Origin: Antedon mediterranea
Lineage: Eukaryota > Animalia > Echinodermata
Direction of reading: 5' to 3'
NCBI RefSeq assembly: GCF_964355755.1
Contig: NC_092674.1
Coordinates: 11,284,001-11,348,000, forward strand
Length of the DNA stretch: 64,000 nt
Made by a program: the position numbers and the translations under genes. How positions within the stretch are numbered: the first letter of the stretch is position 1; each line of letters begins with the position of its first letter. Below, piece by piece: positions 1-12,290 of the stretch. The notes beneath the pieces are model-generated. The model was not told where the DNA came from. It did not search any database and worked only from the letters and a program-made list of their open reading frames with translations.

Positions 1-938
1 AAGATAAGAGGTACTTGGTGGCTATGTTTATAAAGCATTGTGTTTATTTCTTTGTATTATATTTATAGAAATATATATTTTTTTTTCTGAGACTAGAAAT
101 GGCACTACTGACAATAAACAACTTAAAAAAATGTATTGGTATCTCAAATGTAAAAATCGGTTTCTGTGGATTTGGCTACAACACAATTTGACCTCACTTC
201 AGAAGGTCACTGACTGGCGCGAACATTTGACTACTCTCTGGATAATAATGATTTCATTACACAACCAACCACGAATGATCACTAACGAAAAAACGGCTTT
301 ATTTTGACTACAATATAAGTTGCAACGTGATCAGTTTCTCAAAAAGCCATTAAAAAATGTCAGCAGAAACAGACCCTTTGTGTAAATGTATTTTTCCAAT
401 TAACAATTTTCATAACATAACATTTAAAAATAAAAAACATAAGTATCAGGAGTTATGAAATTTTCATCATGAATGCAGAATTGTGGGAGATGGTTCGACA
501 AGTGGAAAAAAATATGTCATGGCCAGTGCCCGTACACATTAATTACACTTATCGCATCGTTATGTTTACTAGAGTTAATGAATGGCAAATTTAACGTGGC
601 TAAAGTTCCCAATAGGCATGTAAAGTTGTAATTTGCCAAGCCATGATGTGTTGACCAGTAGAGAATGTCTCTTTTGGTAGTATGGATGTAACGGAAGAAT
701 TAGGTCATGAACATTTGATGGACATGGTGATTTTGAGCTAATTAAAAATTCTTCTTTCACATTTATAAATTACACATAATATATCGATCGAGAGATGGTT
801 TTAAATAAATAGTGTAATAACTTTTACAATTATACCGTACTACTACTGTATAACATAAAATTACCTTTACACCATGGTATTGTTCAAATTCATAGCATAG
901 ATAAAAACTCTTAAACACCCTCAAACAAAGTTCTTCAT

Positions 939-1224
939 GAAAGCATGTGGCGGAGTGTATTGGATGTTGGATTACTGATCATGAGATTGATCGATCTCAC
1001 CACATTGCTTGTATCCTTTAGGCAAGACACTTTACTTATGCTTGCTTCTCTCCACTCAAGTGTATAAATGGGTACCCAGTTAGGTCAAGACACAACTTCG
1101 TACCGATTGCTAGATTCATTATGGAAGTATTTCCATACGTGTTTGATCAAAAAAATGACTGGGATAATATGTAAAGTGCTTAGAAGCATTGTGCAAAAGC
1201 GCTATATAAGAACGAAAATTATTA
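939..1224 (+). mobile_element. tRNA-derived SINE with CORE-like central domain and L2-type 3' tail
   Basis: Degenerate A-box head (TGTGGCGGAGTGT), CORE-like segment GTATCCTTTAGGCAAGACACTTTAC...GTGTATAAATGGGTACC, and L2/MIR-like tail TGTAAAGTGCTTAGAAG...AAAAGCGCTATATAAGA. A second 3' fragment of the family lies at about 44335-44445. Confidence 0.75.
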
Positions 1225-1669
1225 CACATGCACAACAATATAGAGTATATTTTTGGCAGCAGAAACGAGCCATAACTTGATCAGTTTGCTTAATGATAAA
1301 CATGACAGGTAAGGATCAAACTGGTCATAACAGAAAAAATAAAAACAGTTGATGAAAACCTAATCAGACAAGTATCCTACAGTTAAGTATTGTTAGGACA
1401 GGAAGTACTTAAAAGTTAAAAAAGTAATTGAATTTGATAATCTGGATTGATAAAGCATCTTTGAAGCAGGCAGAAATGTTGATTGACAGTCTGTCAACGT
1501 CAATCACTTGATAGGAGATGGCAACACGACGTCACAACAAAAATATGAAAATGTCATGTCTCATCCAGACATTTTTAGGACTGGGACTTCAGAACCGAAA
1601 GCTTTTAAAGCTTTATATCTCAACATGCATATTTAGAAAAAAGTATAGAAGAGCCTCTCCTTTTGGATA

Positions 1670-1785
1670 CCTATTCAGGGGACACGACTATTAAGGGTAC
1701 ACAAACAAGGAGCAATGTATATTACGCTACAACTAACACCTATTCAGGAGGAACCCTACTCAGGGGGCACCCTATTCGGGGTACT
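1670..1785. repeat. Degenerate relic of a Tc1/mariner-type MITE (CTATTCAGGGGACAC subrepeats)
   Basis: Four or five diverged copies of CCTATTCAGGGGACAC. The same subrepeat occurs in the CAG-ended MITEs at 9983-10070 and 56590-56710. Confidence 0.45.
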
Positions 1786-2544
1786 ATGCTATCAATCGAT
1801 AATGTCAATCATTATCACTATGTATTATAGTTTTCACATACATCCATGTAAGCATGGCACTTCTTGTCTTGTACTTTCTTATCCAAAGCAGGCAATCTAT
1901 GGCTGTGTTTATACAACACCCTAAATGTGAACACGTCCTTATTTTACACTGTAGTTACATTCAATGTGGAAAAAATCATGTAAATGTACACAATGCACAC
2001 CCCTTGAATCCCCTTATACTGGATCTGCCTGCTAGACGATATTTATCTACAATTTGCATTCACTTACATTTAAGATTTCCCATGAGTGTAAAGTTTACTT
2101 TCAACATTCTACTAATAAATAAATTTGATTCATATGATAAAAACCTGAAACAATCATAAACCCTCACCCTACATCCTTAATATATTCTGCAAATGTCTTT
2201 TTATAGACTAGCAATTAACCTCTAACCACAGACTAAATTACATCCATAAAATCATGTGAAAATGCACTGTTTATGTCCAAAACACCTTATTTAATATAGT
2301 TGCATATTATTCTGGTAACAGCTGTTTTTGACAGTTACTAATAATGTTATTTAGATTGTTTATAAACTATTGCTTCACACTTTATTGTTTAAAATAGGTA
2401 ATAAATAACATGGTTGATAAAATTCAGTCATTCATAAAGTGACTTTTAATAACTATAACAACACCCATTCAAGGGGAAATTAATTGATTGCAATTTTCCC
2501 CTTAACATCTAGTAGACTGAATTAGTTATCAACCTAACCCTTAA

Positions 2545-2908
2545 AGCTGCTTTCACATCATGCCCAGATTCGGTCAGGCACCTTGAGGAAAATTTTGCGG
2601 GCGTTGGGCGCGCTTTCATATTGAGCACAAATCCAGTTATCAGTTGTCAAGTCAAGTGCGATCATTCATGCTCACTGTTGATTGTAAAAATATAAATTGT
2701 ACGATTTCAGCAAAATGGCTTCTTGATCCATCGCACCGAACTCGGAGTCCGAATTAGGTATTAGATTCATTAGAAACATTATTTATAAATAAGGATTAAT
2801 TTTGTGATATGTTCTCTGAAATGATCTTAAAATCCAAACGGTATGGGTACAGTATGTTCTCAACTAGTTGATTAATTTTAGATGTTGTTATTTTTATGTG
2901 AAGCAGCT
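2545..2908. mobile_element. Putative PIF/Harbinger-like MITE (old)
   Basis: Inverted termini AGCTGCTTTCACAT ... ATGTGAAGCAGCT (one indel) around a CpG-richer interior. TSD is not clean. Confidence 0.45.
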
Positions 2909-3710
2909 ATCATAGATAGAGTAGATGGAGAATTAGATGGAATGTATATTTTATATAATAAATCAAGAAATTAACGTGCATCTTAAGATCAATAGAAAAA
3001 TAATTGGAAAGTGTTTAATTTTGAATGCTTTTGATTTCATGATTACGGGAACAGTGATTTATTTGTACTGTTAATTCAAATTACTTATTAAAGACTTTCA
3101 CACACCTATGATAAATACAGGGTAGAATTCTATGGGGAATGCTGATAGAAGGATAGAGCAAATATGATACATAGGCAAAAGACTTCGATTGACTCTCCGA
3201 TCAATACAGGTATTGAGCGACTTGTTCTGCTTATTGTAAGCAGAAGTATTTTAGCATGTTAAAGAAGCATATCATACGAGAGCATGCATGCCTGCTTCAC
3301 GTTTGCTATATTGATTGCTGCATGTTGGTGAACCGACTACAAAATTGTACATTCTTTGGAGTAGCTACCTGTGCAAACCATTGGACACAGACAATGAAGA
3401 AGACCACTTTATTTACATAGATTATTGTTTAAAAATAAATTGATTGTTTTGTAGTAGAGATAATTTAATTTATTATGCAAAGTAAAATGATTTTTTTAAG
3501 TAGCGAAACTAAATCAACATTACTTTATGAGGAACTATAAGTCAATTAATTTCATGATGTTATATTTTGGCTATTTTAGCACAACACAGTTTAATGAATA
3601 TATAGGGGGCAGTATTCATTCACAAACCAGAAATAGAAATTTAAGGTAACAAACTGCATTTAATGTAAAAATAAATAATATTTTATCCTACAGATGCATA
3701 GTCCCACTAA

Positions 3711-4041
3711 GACCCCATTTACACTGCATCGACGATTTCTTAGCCGGCCCGAAGTCGGCCCGACGCCGGCTTTCTTTTTAGCCCGCAATGTGTTTACACT
3801 TACCCAAAAAGTAAAAACTATAGTTGACCCAGAACGTTTATTTTATGACCGCAAGTGTTTACACTATACGAAGTGCCGGCCCGAAGAAGTCCGCAATTGC
3901 CGGCCCGAAGCCTACTCTAGACTAGGCTCAAAATTGAGCCGGCTCGAGGCCAGCTCGGTTGGTCCCAGAGTGTTTACACTTGTGCACTTTTGGCTCGGAG
4001 CCGGCCTCGAGCTCGCTGAAAGCTGAAGTGTAAATGGGGTC
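3711..4041. mobile_element. PIF/Harbinger-type MITE, internally deleted copy
   Basis: Perfect 15-bp TIRs GACCCCATTTACACT / AGTGTAAATGGGGTC and 3-bp TSD TAA (3708-3710, 4042-4044). Near-identical to both ends of the element at 36392-37210. Confidence 0.9.
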
Positions 4042-4160
4042 TAAGGTGAAGGCTTTAATAATTTATTTTTCTGATTGAAATAGTTCTTGTGGATTTAATT
4101 TTTTCTGTGTCTTGCCATGCCCCTTAAGCTTGACAAGTCCTTGCTTTAGGTAATGCTTAA

Positions 4161-5288
4161 AATGGACCTGAAATGGAATTTCGATTTTCAAGAAATTCAC
4201 ACATGTTATTTAAATGTATCAAATTAACACAAACCCACACAAATAAAAACAAAATGTAAAGTATTTTGAGTAAAAACGAAATTTTAAGATACCATGGTAA
4301 ATTAGCGAAAATTACTCACGCCATTGCAATATTCTATTTCAACGGCCGTCGGAAGCCTCTATATTCACGACGTCACATATACATAGGATGATATCGAGAG
4401 CGTGTATGCCGCCCGATAGTCAGTGAATGATCGACGGCCTGGAAAGATACGCGAAGCGTTGACACTAATACTAATTTATTCAATATCTAATGTTGTTGAA
4501 ATATAGGTCCCTAAAATGTACTTCGTTTGTTCTAAAACCCGAATTTAGAAGGTCTACCTCCCAAACCTTTACTAGGCCTAGGCCCCCAATCCAGAGCGCG
4601 GAGTCGATCCACCACCCACATCATGCGGCGAGGCTCCGTTTCATGTGTATCCAAGGACCAAAGCGATATCAACAACTTGCTGCGCTCATTGTCAAGCCAA
4701 AGTAAAATATGAATAAAATTCGTTTTCGAACTGCCTGATTCGGACAAATAAATTATCATCTCATATTACTAATTTAATTCTGCTAAACTAAAAACTAAAG
4801 AAACTAACAAATTTTAGCAGTATAAATTACGAACGATATACAAAATACACGAACGGAAAATATGGATACGCATCATTGCGCACGGAGCTGTATCCCGGAC
4901 AACGTTGCCAGGCCAACTTCGGTATTGCCAGAAAAAAACCGTTGATTTTAAGATTTTAAACCGTCATTTACTCGATGAATAACCGTTTATACGGTAATAA
5001 TTTTATCTAAAAAAATTCTAAATACGTTTCTGCAAATGCACAAGCATTTTTTAGAAAATACTCTATAGATTTCAAGAGTTATAGCCAAAAAACTGCAAAT
5101 TTTCCATTGGAGGGATAGGAATATATTCGCAAAGTGACGTCACCCGCAAATTTTTTTGATTTTCAAATGGGGCTTTCCCCAAAAGGGCCAATTTATATTT
5201 TGTAACAATATACATTCTAGCAACACCTAATAGCCCCCAAAACATCATTCTAAAATGAAAAAAATCGAAAATCCATTTCAGGTCCATT
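4161..5288. mobile_element. TTAA-flanked non-autonomous DNA transposon (Kolobok-like)
   Basis: About 28-bp TIRs AATGGACCTGAAATGGA(A/T)TTTCGATTTT with TTAA on both sides (4157-4160, 5289-5292). The termini are purine-purine as in Kolobok, not CC as in piggyBac. CpG-rich interior with no transposase ORF. Confidence 0.85.
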
Positions 5289-5290
5289 TT

Positions 5291-5408
5291 AACGTTGTTC
5301 CTACTAGAGACGCAACACAAAGACGTAAGCGCAACAATGGATTATTCAAACTGTCGGTTGTCATTGGTCAATTTGCTCGCTTTGCGTCCTTAGTAGGAAC
5401 CAAGCTTT
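5291..5408. mobile_element. Short hairpin MITE (Harbinger-like)
   Basis: Inverted ends GTTCCTACTAGAGACGCAA ... TTGCGTCCTTAGTAGGAAC abutting the TTAA of the previous element. Confidence 0.55.
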
Positions 5409-7537
5409 AGCATTTGCCCTAATTCTTAATTTATTGTGTTCTGTTCAGTTAAAAGTGGTTTAAATATTAATGAAAATAATATTCCTTTATTTATATAATT
5501 ATTCATGGACAACAACATCGTTAATACAGTGAGATGAAACAGCTTAGGCAATGTGAATAAAGCTAAGGATATCAAACAATCCGATTTATTTACAATGTCA
5601 TATGCATTGCCATCCAATAGGAGTTGGATATCTATTTATTTATTCTTCTACATCATCTTAAAATTGTAAAATGGCTGCAATGGATTCAATAAAAAAAAAT
5701 ATTGTTATTAGTTTTCAACATTCCAAAAGAAACATAACTTTATAAGTTAAAAGCAGTGTACCAATATTATTATTAATATTATTATCAAGAAGTTAGACAC
5801 TATAGATGGCAGCAAACATGTTTGGTGAAGTGGTCTCATTCTCAGCGTTAAAATTCATTTATCATTATTTTATAACATTATTTCTGACATTAGAAAAACA
5901 TACACATTTACAGTACATTTTACGACTTACCAAATTAACCAGTAAAGACTACTTTAAATGTACACGATGCGTCATGAAAACACCTGTACGGTTGATGTAA
6001 AACCCAGAAGCCTTTGTGTGGTGTGGGTCGTTGATTTGTCCATAATCGTTGTTTTGTTGGAGTTTCCCATAATAGCCAAATCATCCATTTTTTGTAGTTT
6101 GTATGTACAGTATTGTACAGTATTGTATTTCCAAAGTATTTCTTTCCATTTCTTTACCAATTAGGCCAATTTACACAGACGAGTGGTAACGGTAAATGAA
6201 TATGGAAAAGATTGTCGATACAAGTTAAAAAAATAAAAGGACTCAAGCTATACTACTTGAAGTCGTCTCATACATTGGGAGTTTATCTTCAATCTTTATT
6301 TAGAAGTGAACAAACTGTTTCTGCAATGTTCCCACAGAGATACATAACAAGGACAGTTGAAAACAATGTGAATCAAAGATAAATGACAAGAAATGAAAAC
6401 AAATTGAGATTTAAACTGATGATGTTACCTTTTTGTATTTAATTGTGAAAAATTACTAAACTCACTTAAGAAATGTATTGATAGTTGCAATAAGAGATTG
6501 AAGAGCAACATGTGAACGTCTCGACTAACATATATATTTGCATCATTGTCAGCGCTAGCAAAACCCAAAATGGCCTAACCTATTTTCCGAACACTAAAAG
6601 TATGCAATTTAAGCCTGAAGCGTTTGTCTTAACTTTCTACTCAAAAGAAAGTCCATTATTTTTACAATAAATACATTTTACTCCTATATCATTCTAGTGA
6701 AAATAATCACTGTCTTAAATAAAGTCTTTCTGTTGTCTTAAAGTTTAGATGCTCACAAATTTATGATCACTATAACAACACGTGATAAAATTGAAGCAAC
6801 GACTAACGGCCGGTTTTAATTTCTACAGCGCTCAGTTTCATCAATAAAAACTAGTACACAAATCAGATAAATGAATTTTATTGGCAACGAATTGAATTAA
6901 TGTTATTTTTTTAGAAAAGCTTCTATATTAAAATAAAGTTAATTCAAGTTTACTCCAAAATAAAAATAGTAACAATAATTGTCACAAAGACAGTCATCAA
7001 TCATATGATCTTAATGCCAATATTTATTAGTCGTGGAAGATGGCCACATTAAATCCAGTTAAATCAATATTTTTATGTCATCGTTCGATCATTAAAATAA
7101 TATTTATTACAACTTTCAACTGTTGATTAACAAGAGAATGGCTATCATTTATTTATCTAACACTATTTATTTTCATAGATTTAAAAAATATTATTTTAGT
7201 CAACTAATCTTTCATTATATTCATTTAGATTTGATTTTTTTCTGACACTTATGAAAAATGATGTTATTTGTAAAATGATAATAAATCAATTTTTAAGTTT
7301 CTTAACAGTAACACGCACCCAAAAAGAATGAACTGTAAAGTTTTTAGTTTAACTATTTCATGTATTAATCAATAAATTAACTTTACTAAATATAAGGATT
7401 TTATGGACAGTTTAAATTTGATATTTACTATTTTAATTTAATATTTTCCTCAACCATCAAACAAATTGTTTGATACTCTGAATGAGTGGAGAAAAATTAA
7501 CACAAAGTTTTAATTTACTACTGTGTGTCTCTATAGT

Positions 7538-7625
7538 AATAAATACAATATAACCCTCTTTCTGAGTGAGAGGAGAAAAACAATAAATACAATATAACCC
7601 TCTTTCTGAGTGAGAGGAGAAAAAC
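7538..7625. repeat. Perfect 44-bp tandem duplication
   Basis: AATAAATACAATATAACCCTCTTTCTGAGTGAGAGGAGAAAAAC x2. Confidence 0.95.
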
Positions 7626-8019
7626 AATTTTACCTTATTCCGTCAACCTGAAAATGGGACAAGTTTAGAACGGTACAGTAAAAAAGATGAAATCATATGT
7701 TTATGAACAATTATTGACTTGATTTGGCAGGGAAAGTGTTAAATCCATATTTGCAATCCTACATAATTTTTCTGATGATAATACATATCCCAAAAATATA
7801 CAAACATGGGACATATCACAAAAAAGAAAAAAAAAACAACATGGGACATCATAAAACAAGTCATATACAAGATGAAAATGTACTACGTAAGTGGCACCAA
7901 GCAGCCATGTGGTTCCATCAATATAAATTGTAATCCTCCATACTAAAAGTTTTTTGGCTTTTTCCTTTTTAATATTGTTTTTATTCATTCATAGTTAACT
8001 TAATTTTTTTTTTTACAGA

Positions 8020-8208
8020 AAAGAAACGTTTAATTATAACCCAAAAACCATTGCCTGACAGACAATTTAAGTATTTTTTGCTTTAAATTACAATTTTTCA
8101 GGTAAATAATTGTTTGGTTTAGCATGAATAACTATTATTTGACAATAAAATGACACATTCAAAAACAAATTTGAAATAAAAAATATTTTTCAGGGGGACA
8201 ATATATCT
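8020..8208. mobile_element. Partial TTAA-flanked MITE (AGATRTATTGTCYC TIR group)
   Basis: Ends GGGGACAATATATCT|TTAA. The interior at 8030-8115 is the reverse complement of 17850-17945. Confidence 0.6.
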
Positions 8209-8489
8209 TTAAAATTGTTACGTCAACAAGCGAGCGACGTTTTTTTGAAGAAATATTACTTGTTACATTTGAAATACTGTAATACTAATAGGTGTTTATT
8301 TGAATGGAATTGAACAAACACATGCACATAAAGGAATAAAGTTTCTATTACATGCATATTTAACTGTATAGTATAACAAGAAATTCTGTGTAATGAGATT
8401 GTAATTGTGAAAAAGGCTACTTGTTAATATGGCAAGGTTCCACTGTCTTAACCGCTTGGCCGCTCGAGGTTGACCTCGGCCCCTACAGC

Positions 8490-8632
8490 CAGGGAAAAAT
8501 TTCATTTAAAAATTTTGTTTAGCAAAATTGCTAATTAAACTGATTGTTGAGTCGAGAAACATAGTTTTGTATTACATTTTTTGCTACACAATTTGGGAAA
8601 TGTGTAGCAATAAGGTTGTTTTGTATAGCTTT
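8490..8632 (+). mobile_element. Truncated CAGG-ended (hAT-like) MITE
   Basis: About 140 bp highly similar to 57962-58102. Confidence 0.7.
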
Positions 8633-9982
8633 AAGACGTGTTCAAATTTAAGGTGTTGTATAGAGGCATAGCACAAGACTTCAAACAAAAAATGCCTACG
8701 ACAGTTGGTCACAAAAGTTAAAGCTGCAATAAGACTACTATATTTAAGTAAACAAGTAAAATGGATTATAATGAGCCTGGAGGAATCCAGAAGAAATACT
8801 GATGTCAATTTTTCTCAACAAGAACGGATGAAATGTCCAAATGCTTTTGTGTAGTACACCTGCTTATAGAGCCCCTAAGAATAATGTGAAATCAGATAAT
8901 GATTAATCCACTGTAAAATCATATCCTTCTTCGAGTGACCTTTCTAAACTGTACAAAATAATTTATGCACACTACATTATTCTAAAAAATAATTAAGTAC
9001 GGTATTATAGCAGGTTTTACTTATTTAACAATAGAGCTGCATTCATACAGAAGTGTAGGCCTAGTACAGATCAACAACATTAATTTCAAGCTAGAAAGCG
9101 GGGGGAGGGGGGGGGGGATTCATAAGTTCCCCTCCCTTTTACCTGAAGAGTGTCCTTTTCAAACTTGCAGCAGATGTGATGATAAATAGGCCTACTGTAA
9201 CTAGCCTTGCTCATGACGATTTTTCACCATTTTGTAGAAAAAAGAATGTTAATTCTTTGTAAACTTCCTGGCTATGATCTTGATTTTTCATTTCATATTC
9301 ATAAAAATAATATGCCACTTATTATATGCTTGGAAAACTATTGCTCCAAGTGGGGTACTTTGATGACTATTTCACCTACTAGATTCACACCACGTGCCCC
9401 TAATAGTAATAAGTGGCTCATCTAGGATTTTGAAATAGGGAGGGAGATGATGGATATTCCTTGGATCCGCCTATGCTCAAACTGAAATTAATTTCTTAAA
9501 ACTATGGAAAAATGTGATAAAGAAATAAATTTTTCAATTTCAATCTGGGCTGGTTGAATTGGTTGGCACTCATGGATGTTTTATTGCCACATTATCTTTA
9601 CAGACTATTGGTATTATTTTCTATAGGGAAAAATTTAAAAAAAGTTACATTTTGTAAATTTCTATAAACAGTGAAAAGTGAAAGTTTACAGAGCAACAAG
9701 GTAGGATCTTTGAATTGTGTATGACACTCATAACAATAACATACCTATATTTAGAAAGTGGTGTACATATTATTGTTCAAGCTGCTCACTGTGGCATCTG
9801 TTGAATGCTTGTGAATGTGACAATTGAAAGACGCATTATTTTTATCATGCCAAAACACAAATGACATCATTAGATTTCACTAGCCTTACATGGACTGAAA
9901 AAAAGATTCACCTACTGTACCTTTTAATCCAAATCTCACATAACTTTTCTTTACGAAAAATGTATTTAAAATAGACCGTACA

Positions 9983-10070
9983 CAGTAGAAACCGCTGCTT
10001 GGGGACATCTCAATTCAGGGTGACACCTTTATTAAGATGATATTTTATGGGGTTCTTAGGGATTCTACTG
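9983..10070. mobile_element. Short Tc1/mariner/pogo-type MITE with CAG termini
   Basis: CAGTAGAA ... TTCTACTG termini. TA on the right flank and CA on the left. Confidence 0.65.
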
Positions 10071-11639
10071 TATTAATGTGAGTAAAGGGATTTTAAAGGA
10101 TTCACATTAGCCGGAGCTTTTCAGGGAGACCCTAATAGAATAATTATTATATAATATATATCCTAATTATTTCTAGTTGACCTAAAAATTAACTTTATTT
10201 CTGTAGGCCGGACAAAATAAATGTCTATTTGATATTCTCTAGCGCATCAGAAAGCTGTGTAAGCTAAACTATTTCAAGTTGTTAGTATAATCACTGTCCA
10301 GAGGGAATGCTAAATCTAAATACATCAACAGATATTAACTCTTTATTTAAATACATAAAACTAAAAGTAGAGATGAACCAGGTGTCTCTAATCGAAAGCT
10401 AATTCTTTAATGAGATATTTACAGTGCAAGCTATGCGTTGCTATGGAGTCGTTTGTTTGAACATTTTGCAACTACATAAAAGATGCGACTATCAATACAC
10501 ATTATTTAATTAAATAAATTTACACAAATTCCAACCGGAATCTGGAAGTATTCTGGGAGGTTATGAAATCCTTTAAAAAATCTTTTATGACTGTCAATTA
10601 TTTTTAGACCTGTTTCTATTAAGCAAGAGAATACAACTTTAAACCATATTTTCAAATAATGGTATTTCTTGCCGAAAGAAATGGGTTCTTTAAAAAAAAA
10701 CATCAAAGTAACCAATCTTAAATACAATTTTAAAAACTCCAATTGATGAAACAAACTACCAAAACTCTTATGAAGAACACTTCTTTTGATTTTTCAATAG
10801 AAACTGCTTGATATGCAGACATCTAATGATTAGACAGTTTTCATGGTATGGTTAAAATGATTAGATAGCGATTCTTTAACATCCTCAGTATATATACCAT
10901 GGAACAGCACTAGTTCTTGAGTGTACATACATGCAATATTTGAATACTGTAGATACATAGTGGATCAACAACATTGTAATGTTTTATAATTGATGTTTCT
11001 AACCCATTGCAGCCTTCACAACAATTCACATTATTTTAGTATAGTGAACATACCTGTAGTGACATGATGAATGTATGCTTCTGGGTTTAATCTGTGTCAA
11101 AGGATTTGAGCTATGGCTCAGAGCAACGTCAGAAAGTGATAGATATCACAAAGCTAATGTACTTGAGACAGTGTGATGAATAAAGCAAGGCTGTAATATA
11201 CCTTAGTATCAAAAGTACGAGATATGTTACAAAGACTGAGAAGTGACAATAATAAAGACGGTATAGATCAAATAGCTTACATAAAATCAAATCGAATTAC
11301 CAACAAATAAATTAAACTAAATTTAATATGCATTCACAGTGTTGTTAACCTGTTTTCTTACTTGAACAATTTTAGCCTAAATATCATAACTTGAAAGTGT
11401 ATCAGTATCAGTTTTGGAAACAAGGAAATGTGTAAAGGATACAGAAATACTATATAAAAATAATAATAATAATAAAATAGATAATAATGAATGCAGGTAC
11501 TCTTATTTACATTGTCTAGTTATTGCTTCAACCAAAAATATTATTTCATAGGCAGCACAATTATATTTATGATTTCAAAATACAATTATTGTTTAAAATA
11601 AATGTTTGCATGGTGAATAAAGTATAGAAAGTCTATTGA

Positions 11640-12030
11640 ATCTCAGTTAAACAACATTACTTTCCAACTGGTTTATCTGATTCCTAACTGATTTACAGGA
11701 TCTGAATCTCAGTTGGAAACTTTACCAGTTGAAAACTTTAACAGTTGAGAATTGTACCACTTGAAAATGTAATTATCAATTTGAAGTTTTTACCAATTGA
11801 ACATTTTCCAACTGGTCTATCTGAATCCCAGTGAGAAATGATACCAGTACAGCTTTTTACCTTTTTCCAACTTGTCTATCTGAATTCCAGTTAGAAATTG
11901 TACAGTTGGAAACTATACCAGTGAGTTGGAAATGTACCAGTTGGAAACTTTACTAGTAAATTGGAAATGTACCAGTTGGAAACTTTACCAGTTGGAAATG
12001 TTACCAGTTGAACATTTTCCAACTTTAGTA
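11640..12030. repeat. Degenerate array of ACCAGTTGGAAA / TTTCCAACTGGT units (resumes at 12490-12710)
   Basis: Many 15-21-bp units in both orientations. The array is interrupted by the Penelope relic. Confidence 0.8.
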
Positions 12031-12094
12031 AAAAGGTTTATCTGGATCTCTGTATATAGTATTCAAATAATGTTTTCTTTTTATCAAGTTACAA

Positions 12095-12290
12095 TGTCAA
12101 CTCTTTTTTACACCACAAAACAAATTAAGAAATCGTTTAGTTCACCCTAAAGACAACTAAAAAATGATGACAAATCTGGTGTAATAATATACCAAGTAAA
12201 TTGCAACAACTGTGAAAAAGTTAATACAGGAGAATCAGCAAGAACCTTATTTACAAAGAATAAAAGAACACAAAGCAGGTGTCACTTCAC
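12095..12290 (+). mobile_element. Penelope-like retroelement relic (GIY-YIG endonuclease fragment)
   Basis: Translates HPKD...KSGVIIYQVNCNNCEKVNTGESARTL and then, after a frameshift, RIKEHK. This matches the GVIY-x-CxxC-YIGET-R-L-R-EH signature of PLE endonucleases. Confidence 0.8.

Noticed and set aside
8090-8108. TTTTTCAG|GTAAAT recursive splice site
   Set aside because: Part of a MITE. The same motif occurs reversed in the sister copy near 17860.
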